Assembly: GCA_944349405.1 (NCBI GenBank)
Contig: CALVMY010000099.1
Location: forward strand, 1-49,193
Length of the DNA: 49,193 nt
Direction of reading: 5' to 3'
Source of the DNA: an uncultured Bacilli bacterium
Lineage (GTDB): Bacteria > Bacillota_I > Bacilli_A > RFN20 > CAG-826
Made by a program: the position numbers and the translations under genes. Below the pieces are notes generated by a model, which searched no databases, was not told where the DNA came from, and saw nothing but the letters and a program-made list of their open reading frames with translations. Below are positions 6,303-14,303 of the stretch, in pieces; position 1 is the first letter of the stretch, and every line of letters starts with the position of its first letter.

Positions 6303-8951
6303 TTATCGTAATAAAACAGTTACAAATTCTGTTGAAGAAGAAACTAATTCTTCCCCAGAATATTTTCCCAATATTCTAACAATCATAATTATAAATTGAC
6401 GGTCACTAGAAGAAGAATTCTCATGACGAGTTACAATAAGATTATTGTTTTCAACTCTTGCATCTACTTGAGAAGATGTATCACTAACTACAAATTCTAC
6501 ATTATATTCATCACTACTTACACTATTTCCATCATTATCTATAAATGAATAAGATAATGGGACACTAATTTCACTTCCGTTTAGGACAATATCTCCTTTA
6601 GATTCATCTGATAAACTAACATGATAAGAAGAATCAAAATATCTTTCATAATTAATTGATAAATTTAATTCTTTTTTACCTTGGACATTATATAAACAAG
6701 ATGTATCAGTCAAATCGCAAACAATTGGTTCATCTTCATTATCTAAAGATTCGTTTAAAATAACTACTCGATAATTTTCTCTTTCTTCAAAAGGAATTGA
6801 TAATAAATCTTGGCAGTTATAATAAATTCCTTCTAAAACTTCGCCATCAGAATAATGAATTTGATAAGTGCGAGGAGTAAAACCAACTCTTTGAGCTTCT
6901 TCATTTACATTCCCACTTTCTCCAACAAAATCATAAGAATTATAAAATTCAGTTAAATTTGGACAGTTAGCAAAAGCATTATCACCTAATTCTTTAACGC
7001 TTCTAGGAAGATTAAAAAGAGTTAAAGATTCACATCCATCAAAAGCATTTTCACCAATTCTTTCAAGCTCAGAAGGAGTATCCGAGAAAATAAAACTATC
7101 TAAAGAAATACATCCTTTAAAACAATCATCAGGAATTTCTTTAATAAAATGTGGAAAATTATTAATTTGAACAATATTTCTATTGTTTTGGAATGCGTTA
7201 GGAGAAATTGCGCTAACAGGAATTCCATTAATTATATAAGAAAGAGTAATTCTATTTGAATAAGTTGGGGTAGGATCATAATCAACGATTGTATAATAAT
7301 CTCTTGCTTCAGTTGTTTGATAAGTAACACCATATTGATCAGTAACTACTAAAGCCGGAAGGAAGATTGGACTAGCTTCGATTGAATAATATCCACTGCA
7401 AGAGAAAGTAACTCCTTCTGAATCATCATCAACTGCTTTAAAGTCACTAACATTTCCATTAATTTGATAACCAGTAAAATCAAATTCATCCTCGCTACTT
7501 ATTGGAAGAGTAACTTCATCCCAACTATAAAAAGTTAGTTGATAATCGCTATCAGCAATCGTTAAAAGTCTTGGTGTTAAGCCTATTTTTGCTTCATCAA
7601 ATGTTGCGTTAGTTAATTTTGTTAAATTAATTAAATTAGGGGTATTTTCAAAGGCGTTATCACCAATATTTGTAACAAATTGGGGGATAGCTAAAGTTTC
7701 TAAAGATGTACAATCCTTAAAGGCATTTTCTCCAATATTTGAAAGAATACTACCATTTGAAAAAGTGAAAGATGTTAAAAAGTCGCAACTTTCAAAAGTA
7801 GATTCAGGGATAGTAGTAATATATTTAGGGAAATTTATAACTTGTTGAATTGATGAATCAAAGAAAACATCACTTTCAATCATGTTAACTGGCATTCCAT
7901 CAATTTCATCAGAGAAAGTTACAATACTACTTTCAAAATCATAACCGACAATCGTATAACCGTTTCGATTATTTTTAGCATAAATTACACCATTATTAGT
8001 AATTGGCGCATCATCAACACTTGCTCCAACTCCTATCCCAATAAATATACAAATTAAAGAGACGGCTAAAGAGGATAAAGCGATAGTTAAGCCTTTTTTT
8101 GAGAATTTTAATTCTTTTTTTAGCTTAGGTCTAATTTCATCTAATAAATCATCAGCTTCATGATTTAAATAGGTTGATTCTAAAAATTCCTTTACCTCTA
8201 AAAGTTTGTCTTGCTCGGTCGTATTATCAATAATCTTTTTTAAGATAACTAATAAATAAGATAAAACAGATTTATGGTCTTTTATGCATTGAGCGATGAT
8301 ATCTTTAATATCAGAAATATCATCGAAATGATAAAGAATATCTATATAATATTGGAAGGAAGATTCCATCTTCGTTAAGATAGGAATAAAATTATCTTTG
8401 CTCAAATTTTCATCGATATAATCGGTATCAATATATCTAAAAGAACGATATAAAATACCTAAAATTAAAGAGATTGTATAAGTATAATCAATACCTTTAT
8501 TTTTTTGGATTCTTAGATGTTTTAAAAGTTGTTCAACATCAGCATTATCTAAGTTTACTTCTAATTCTTTATATTCTACTTCTTCGATTATTTGATTTAA
8601 TTCGTCTTTTAATTTTTGATCTCCAAGTTCAAAAGCAGCTTTAAAAAAAGAAGAAGAAATTATTGAATTTGAAGCTCTTTTTTCTAAATCGGAATAACTT
8701 TTAATATTAAATTTTATATAAAGTTTTGCTAAATAAACATAAGCGTTATTTTCATCTAAACTATAAGCTATTTCAATTTCTTTTTTAGCTTCTTCTTTTT
8801 TACCTTCTTTAAGTGAACTAAAAGCTTTGTCGCAATGAGACTTAGCCATCAATATATTTTTAGCGTTTAATGCGTTATTTATTGATTCATCGTTAATGGT
8901 AGTTTCATTAACTTCATTAACTATTGTTTCTTTAACTTCTTTTTTCTTCAT
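6303..8951 (-). CDS. Membrane-anchored BspA-type leucine-rich-repeat surface protein
   Basis: 882 aa. About 290 aa form an N-terminal helical (TPR-like) region, followed by a single TM (LTIALSSLAVSLICIFIGIGVG). The ectodomain carries two duplicated modules with the BspA/LRR_5 pattern (F-x-x-C-x-x-L-x-x-I/F ... IGENAF-x-x-C-x-x-L). Confidence 0.7.
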   Translation of the reverse strand: MKKKEVKETIVNEVNETTINDESINNALNAKNILMAKSHCDKAFSSLKEGKKEEAKKEIEIAYSLDENNAYVYLAKLYIKFNIKSYSDLEKRASNSIISSSFFKAAFELGDQKLKDELNQIIEEVEYKELEVNLDNADVEQLLKHLRIQKNKGIDYTYTISLILGILYRSFRYIDTDYIDENLSKDNFIPILTKMESSFQYYIDILYHFDDISDIKDIIAQCIKDHKSVLSYLLVILKKIIDNTTEQDKLLEVKEFLESTYLNHEADDLLDEIRPKLKKELKFSKKGLTIALSSLAVSLICIFIGIGVGASVDDAPITNNGVIYAKNNRNGYTIVGYDFESSIVTFSDEIDGMPVNMIESDVFFDSSIQQVINFPKYITTIPESTFESCDFLTSFTFSNGSILSNIGENAFKDCTSLETLAIPQFVTNIGDNAFENTPNLINLTKLTNATFDEAKIGLTPRLLTIADSDYQLTFYSWDEVTLPISSEDEFDFTGYQINGNVSDFKAVDDDSEGVTFSCSGYYSIEASPIFLPALVVTDQYGVTYQTTEARDYYTIVDYDPTPTYSNRITLSYIINGIPVSAISPNAFQNNRNIVQINNFPHFIKEIPDDCFKGCISLDSFIFSDTPSELERIGENAFDGCESLTLFNLPRSVKELGDNAFANCPNLTEFYNSYDFVGESGNVNEEAQRVGFTPRTYQIHYSDGEVLEGIYYNCQDLLSIPFEERENYRVVILNESLDNEDEPIVCDLTDTSCLYNVQGKKELNLSINYERYFDSSYHVSLSDESKGDIVLNGSEISVPLSYSFIDNDGNSVSSDEYNVEFVVSDTSSQVDARVENNNLIVTRHENSSSSDRQFIIMIVRILGKYSGEELVSSSTEFVTVLLR

Positions 8952-8970
8952 TTTTACTTAATTTTAACCT

Positions 8971-10173
8971 TTATTTATATAATTCTTTTAAAATTTCGAC
9001 CATTTTTTTCATTTGGGTTAGTGAAACAACTTCATATCTTCCATGAGGAGAAAAATCTCCTACCCCTAAATTAGGACAAGGTAAACCCATATAAGTAATC
9101 GTTGCTCCATCAGTTCCTCCTCTTATAGGAGTATAAGAAATTTTAACATTAGAATTTAAATATGCCTTATTAATTAAATTGATCGCTTTCATATCATTAA
9201 TAAAATAATCAAACATATTACGATATTCATCGTGAATTTCTAAAATAAATTTAACTTTTGGGTTGTTGTATTTTTCTTTTAAAGTATTAACTATATTCTT
9301 TAAAATAATCTTTTTTTCTTCTAATAAAGATGAATCGTGATCTCTTAAAATAAAATTTAAATGGGCTTCTTCAACGTTTCCACTAAACTCAGTTAAATGA
9401 ATAAAACCTTCTCTTTCTTCGGTTTTTTCAGGAACCATATCTTTAGGAAGAAGATTTATAAATTCGCTTCCTAATAAAGCAGCATTGACCATAATATTTT
9501 TAGCACTTCCTGGATGAATTCCAACTCCTTTAATAGTTAAAGATGCGCTTGCAGCATTAAAATTTTCATAATTTGCTTCATAAATTGAGCCGCCATCTAA
9601 AGTAAAAGCAACATCGCTATTCATTTTTTTAACATCAAAATGAAGTGCTCCTTTACCAATTTCTTCATCAGGAGTAAAACAAATTGCTAAATTATAATTA
9701 AATTCACCTTTATGGGATAAATAATATGATAAAAAAGTAAGAATTATTGCAATTCCAGCTTTATCATCTCCTCCTAAAAGGTGTTCTCCATCGGTATGAA
9801 TTATATCTTCTCTGATTAATTCATTTAAAAACGGGAATTCTTTAGGATCAAGTGAATAATTTTCATTTAATTTAATAATTGAGCCATCATAATTATTAAC
9901 AATTACTGGATTTTTTAATCCTCCTTTTAATTCAGGGGAAGTGTCCATATGAGCGATTAATCCGATGGTTATTTCTTTATTATTATCAACTTTAGCATAA
10001 ACTAAGCCATATTCATCTTTATAAGCATTAGCTACATTTTCTGAATGTAAAATGTCAACTAATTTATCGGCAAACTCTAACTCTTTATCACTTGAAGGAT
10101 AAGAAAGAGATGATTCATCACTCATCGTATCAAAAGCAATTAATTCTTTAAATAAAGTTACTATATCTTTCAT
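8971..10173 (-). CDS. pepT: Peptidase T (tripeptide aminopeptidase, M20B)
   Basis: 400 aa with M20 metal-ligand motifs IAHMDTSPE and LGGDDKAGIA; the overall length fits PepT. Confidence 0.85.
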   Translation of the reverse strand: MKDIVTLFKELIAFDTMSDESSLSYPSSDKELEFADKLVDILHSENVANAYKDEYGLVYAKVDNNKEITIGLIAHMDTSPELKGGLKNPVIVNNYDGSIIKLNENYSLDPKEFPFLNELIREDIIHTDGEHLLGGDDKAGIAIILTFLSYYLSHKGEFNYNLAICFTPDEEIGKGALHFDVKKMNSDVAFTLDGGSIYEANYENFNAASASLTIKGVGIHPGSAKNIMVNAALLGSEFINLLPKDMVPEKTEEREGFIHLTEFSGNVEEAHLNFILRDHDSSLLEEKKIILKNIVNTLKEKYNNPKVKFILEIHDEYRNMFDYFINDMKAINLINKAYLNSNVKISYTPIRGGTDGATITYMGLPCPNLGVGDFSPHGRYEVVSLTQMKKMVEILKELYK

Positions 10174-10195
10174 TTTTTATTAACCTCGTTAAGTT

Positions 10196-10858
10196 TTAAT
10201 AAGCAAAAAATACTAAATCAATTCGTGAAATAGAAAAATCGTATACTTTTTCTTCGTTATTTAAATTGACAGTTTTAAGCTCGTTTTCATATTCAATATT
10301 TAAATAAGGAATTGAAGAAATAGCTGAATCATCCTTTAATTTACCTAAAGATACTTCATCAATAGATAAATAATCGTTAGGCGCAACTAAAGGATAATTA
10401 TCGGATTTAAAATCTAAAAATGATGAACGAAGATAAATTGAAGGAAAAGAAACAAGTGTTTCACTTTCATCATTTAAAGAGGAAATCATCGATTCATCGT
10501 ATTCAAAATATAAATTTAAATATATACACACTTCATGATCATAATTAGAAGCAAAATTATCTTTATAAATTGAATAAATATCAACATAATAAAGAGATTT
10601 AAATTCATCTGCTATAGTGCTTTTAGCAAAATAAGATTCATCTTCACTATTTAAGGTAGAATAAACAGTAGCTAGATATTCTTCATTAGTCGACGAAACT
10701 CTATATTGATTAGTTACATCAACTCCATGTTTATAAATACGATAATTTGGCGTTATAAAAGAATAGACTAATACTAAGACGAGCCCAATTATAATTAAGA
10801 AACTTCCTACTCCTATCGATATATATTTAATTAATTTTGATTTTTTCTCTATTTCCAT
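10196..10858 (-). CDS. Hypothetical N-terminally membrane-anchored protein
   Basis: 220 aa with a single N-terminal TM (ISIGVGSFLIIIGLVLVLVY). No recognisable motif. Confidence 0.4.
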   Translation of the reverse strand: MEIEKKSKLIKYISIGVGSFLIIIGLVLVLVYSFITPNYRIYKHGVDVTNQYRVSSTNEEYLATVYSTLNSEDESYFAKSTIADEFKSLYYVDIYSIYKDNFASNYDHEVCIYLNLYFEYDESMISSLNDESETLVSFPSIYLRSSFLDFKSDNYPLVAPNDYLSIDEVSLGKLKDDSAISSIPYLNIEYENELKTVNLNNEEKVYDFSISRIDLVFFAY

Positions 10859-10920
10859 ATTTTTTGTTAAATAAGTAATTATTAATATAATTACTTCAAA
10901 TATTATATAATAGTTTCGAA

Positions 10921-11760
10921 ATGTTAAAAAGAAGTTATCTTATAGATACTCACACTCATTTAGGATTAAAAGGATTAATTAAAGAGTGCGAAAATAATCT
11001 TATTTATTCATTCAATAATTATGATTTATCATTCATTTTAATATCTTTTGATATGGATGAATATAATGAGAAAAGTAATAATAATCTTTCTTTTGAAGAG
11101 TCTTTATTTTATTTAAAAAACTTTATATCTAGATTTAATGGAATGGGAATACTTATTTGGATTCCATATGGAAAAACTAAGATAAATATCCCTCTTTTAG
11201 AAAAATTTATAATCGAAAATAGAAGTAATATTTATGGATTAAAACTTCATCCTTATCAATCTAGAAAAACTGTTTTAACTAAAAGATTAAATCCTTATTT
11301 AGAAATCGCTAGAAAATATGATTTACCAATTTTAATTCATACTGCTTTAGATGAATTTTCTTATATTGATAGTGTTAAAGAACTTGCTTTAAAAAATAGC
11401 GATATTAATTTTATTGCTGCTCATTTAGAGTTAGGAAGTAATCACTTATATTCATTAAATTGTATTAAAGAAGTTAAAAATTTATATGGTGATACAGCCT
11501 GGGTTGATCCATCTTTATTAAAAGCTATTTTAAAAATGGGTTTAATCGATAAAATCTGTTTTGGAAGTGATACTCCAATTGATGGAAAAGATACTTTAAA
11601 AGAAGATATTTATCAAAAATATATCAATAATTTTTATAAATTAAAAAAGAGCGATTATGACAAAATAATGTATTTAAACGCTCTTAAGATATATAAAATT
11701 AAAAAAGAAAATTTATTAAATCGATATTTATGGGGCAAGTCCCACTATCTCCACAAGTAG
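10921..11760 (+). CDS. Metal-dependent amidohydrolase-fold (TIM-barrel) hydrolase
   Basis: N-terminal DTHTHLG (HxH) motif, later HTALD and a GSDTP-type aspartate, consistent with the Amidohydro_2-like superfamily. The last ~20 codons overlap a convergent ORF, so the true stop context is odd. Confidence 0.5.
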   Translation: MLKRSYLIDTHTHLGLKGLIKECENNLIYSFNNYDLSFILISFDMDEYNEKSNNNLSFEESLFYLKNFISRFNGMGILIWIPYGKTKINIPLLEKFIIENRSNIYGLKLHPYQSRKTVLTKRLNPYLEIARKYDLPILIHTALDEFSYIDSVKELALKNSDINFIAAHLELGSNHLYSLNCIKEVKNLYGDTAWVDPSLLKAILKMGLIDKICFGSDTPIDGKDTLKEDIYQKYINNFYKLKKSDYDKIMYLNALKIYKIKKENLLNRYLWGKSHYLHK

Positions 11761-11926
11761 GATTATTGCTACTTGAAGAAGAAATAAGTGAAATTACAAT
11801 AATACAAATTATTATAATGAAAATGATTATAACTATAAAAATTATAATTCCTCTTTTAGTTTTCTTTTCTTTTTTTTCATCGAATTCATTTTCATCTATT
11901 AAATGAGGTTTATTATTTTCTAACAT
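11699..11926 (-). CDS. Small single-pass membrane protein (hypothetical)
   Basis: 75 aa: charged N-terminus, an Ile-rich TM and a Ser-rich tail. Its start overlaps the stop of the upstream S-component gene by 14 nt (coupled). Confidence 0.35.
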   Translation of the reverse strand: MLENNKPHLIDENEFDEKKEKKTKRGIIIFIVIIIFIIIICIIVISLISSSSSNNPTCGDSGTCPINIDLINFLF

Positions 11927-12746
11927 CTTCTTCTCCTTCTATTTTTTTATCTTCAAACATTAATTCTTTAGGTAAAAGCGCACCTTTAACTCCGCTTTTT
12001 AAAGATACATTTAAAGCAACTATCACGATTATATAATGAACAAAGGCAGTTAAAAATCCAGTTAATCCTCTAACTCCATAAATTACTTCGAAAGAATAAT
12101 TTAATCGATACATAAAAATAAGTGAAGAAACTGGGATTTTAAAGAAAAAATAAGTTATAAACATCGAAGCGGCAATTAAATACAAATTATAATATTGATT
12201 TATTTTTCTATCTTTATATTTTCTTTTAAATAATAATATTGCCACATAAAAAATAATTGAAAGAATAAAAAATACTAAAGGAATAATTATTTTTAAAGTA
12301 GGAGTAAATTCATATTTAGTTGAACTAGTTGTATAAGAAAAAGTATCGTGAGTTAAAACAAATACTAAAACAAATACATCTAATAAAAGTAAAATAATTC
12401 CTAAAACAATTGGATATTTTCGATCAACTTTACATTTTTCTAATACTTTATAAACAAAATAAGGGATAAATCCTTGAATTATTGCAGGAATTGAGAATAA
12501 AAAGTCATATGGCCCGCCTTGAGGGAAAAGTAATGCCCCAAAAAAATCAACTGCAAAAGAAACAATTGTTCCATATAAAGGCCCTAAATAAAAGGAGGCA
12601 AAAAATATAACACTCATTGAGAAAGATATTTTTAAAAATGGGAGACCAAATAAATAAGGCAAAGAAAAAAATCTAGATAAAATAATACCTAAAGCTATAA
12701 ATAAAGCGCTAAATGCTATTTTATATAGAACCGTCATCTTTCTCAT
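11913..12746 (-). CDS. ECF transporter substrate-specific (S) component, folate-family-like
   Basis: 277 aa polytopic protein. The N-terminal half (IAFSALFIALGIILSRF...ISFSMSVIFFASFYLGPLYG...DFFGALLFP) resembles FolT-type S components. It is longer than typical members. Confidence 0.5.
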   Translation of the reverse strand: MRKMTVLYKIAFSALFIALGIILSRFFSLPYLFGLPFLKISFSMSVIFFASFYLGPLYGTIVSFAVDFFGALLFPQGGPYDFLFSIPAIIQGFIPYFVYKVLEKCKVDRKYPIVLGIILLLLDVFVLVFVLTHDTFSYTTSSTKYEFTPTLKIIIPLVFFILSIIFYVAILLFKRKYKDRKINQYYNLYLIAASMFITYFFFKIPVSSLIFMYRLNYSFEVIYGVRGLTGFLTAFVHYIIVIVALNVSLKSGVKGALLPKELMFEDKKIEGEEDVRK

Positions 12747-12756
12747 ATATCAAAAA

Positions 12757-13215
12757 TTATCTTTTTAAAGCTTTTGCGATATTTCGATCAATATCTCTTT
12801 TTTTAATTGTTTCCCTTTTATCGTAAAGTTTTTTGCCCTTAGCAAGAGCAATTTCAATTTTACATCTTCCTTTTTTTAAATATACCTTAGTTGGAATAAT
12901 TGTATAGCCATCTTTTTCAGTTTTGTTCTTTAATTTTAGAATTTCTTTTTTATGTAATAAAAGTCTTCTGCTTCTTAAAGGGTCATGATTAAAAACGCTA
13001 CTTTTTTCATAAATAGCGATATTAGAATTTAATAAAAAAGCTTCATTATTGCGAATTAATACATATGAATCATCAATATTTATTTTATTATTTCTAATTG
13101 ATTTTATTTCGCTTCCTTTAAGTTCAATTCCACATTCAAGAAAATCACTTAAAAAATAATTAAAATGATCTTTTCTATTATTACAAACAATTTTAATTCT
13201 TTCTAATTTTTCCAC
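12757..13215 (-). CDS. smpB: SsrA-binding protein SmpB
   Basis: 152 aa with a characteristic SmpB sequence (NRKDHFNY...GIELKGSEIKSIR...LLLHKKEI...). Confidence 0.9.
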   Translation of the reverse strand: MEKLERIKIVCNNRKDHFNYFLSDFLECGIELKGSEIKSIRNNKINIDDSYVLIRNNEAFLLNSNIAIYEKSSVFNHDPLRSRRLLLHKKEILKLKNKTEKDGYTIIPTKVYLKKGRCKIEIALAKGKKLYDKRETIKKRDIDRNIAKALKR

Positions 13216-13222
13216 GTGTAAA

Positions 13223-14170
13223 TTATTTTCCTCGATAATATTCGATAGTTAAATCTAAAGCATATTCAAAATCATAATCGTGACGATAGCCTAATTCATT
13301 TTCAATTTTACTTGTATCTACAGCATATTTGCGATCATGAATCTTTCTAGCTTCAACAAAACGAATAAGTGATTCTTTCTTTCTTAATTTTTGAAGAATA
13401 AATTTAATAAGTTCTAAATTTTGATGAGGCTCGTGAGAAGAAACATTATAAGCTTCGCCATTTTTACCTTTTTTAATAATTAAATCAATCGCTTTACAAT
13501 GATCTAAAACGAAAAACCAATCACGAATATTATTTCCATCACCAAATACAGGAATTTCCATATTATTTAAAGCTCTATTTATAACAAGTGGAATTAATTT
13601 ATCACTAGCTTGATATCTTCCAAAATTATTAGTTGAACGAGAAATAGTCATATTTAAGCCATGTACTTTATGATACATAAAAAGAAATTCTTCAGCTTGA
13701 GCTTTACTTAAAGCATATGGATTTTTAGGATTAAATGGGTCATTTTCACTAAATTTTTTCTTACTATCTAAAGGTAAATCACCATAAATTTCATCGGTAG
13801 AAACTTGATGAAATCTTTTAACGTTATATTTTAAAGAAAGAGAAGCAAGATTAATTACTCCTAAAACATTACTTTTAAAGAAAGTTGCTTCATCAAGAAA
13901 TGATTTATCAACACTTGTTTCAGCAGCAAAATTAACGACATAATCAAATTTTTCTTTTCTAAATACTTTCTCTAAAAATTCTAAATTTGCTATATCACCT
14001 TTATAAAATTTAAAGTTAGAAAAATGTTTGAATTCATCAAGTATTCTTCTATTTGCTGCGTAAGTAATTTTATCTAAAACAACTACTTCGTCTTCTTTAT
14101 ATTTACCTAAAAAGAATTTAGTAAAATTAACTCCGATAAAACCTAATCCACCTGTGATTAATACTTTCAT
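13223..14170 (-). CDS. rfbB: dTDP-glucose 4,6-dehydratase / NAD-dependent sugar epimerase-dehydratase (SDR-e)
   Basis: GGLGFIG Rossmann motif, AAETSVDKS, STDEIYG and the catalytic YALSK (YxxxK). Confidence 0.7.
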   Translation of the reverse strand: MKVLITGGLGFIGVNFTKFFLGKYKEDEVVVLDKITYAANRRILDEFKHFSNFKFYKGDIANLEFLEKVFRKEKFDYVVNFAAETSVDKSFLDEATFFKSNVLGVINLASLSLKYNVKRFHQVSTDEIYGDLPLDSKKKFSENDPFNPKNPYALSKAQAEEFLFMYHKVHGLNMTISRSTNNFGRYQASDKLIPLVINRALNNMEIPVFGDGNNIRDWFFVLDHCKAIDLIIKKGKNGEAYNVSSHEPHQNLELIKFILQKLRKKESLIRFVEARKIHDRKYAVDTSKIENELGYRHDYDFEYALDLTIEYYRGK

Positions 14171-14194
14171 TTTGTTTCCTCTTTTTTAAAAATA

Positions 14195-14285
14195 AAAATA
14201 ATCTTTTCTTTCGTTTTTATATTATAAACTAGTTAACTTATTAAAGATACTTAATAATATTTTAATAAAAAGAAAAGATTATTTT
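14195..14285. repeat. Perfect 17-bp inverted repeat with a 57-nt structured spacer, between copA and rfbB
   Basis: Arms 14195-14211 AAAATAATCTTTTCTTT and 14269-14285 AAAGAAAAGATTATTTT. The spacer contains the palindromes AACTAGTT and AGTTAACT, plus a 7-bp hairpin (14238-14244 with 14251-14257). Confidence 0.8.
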
Positions 14286-14303
14286 ATATAAATTTAGTAA
14301 TTT

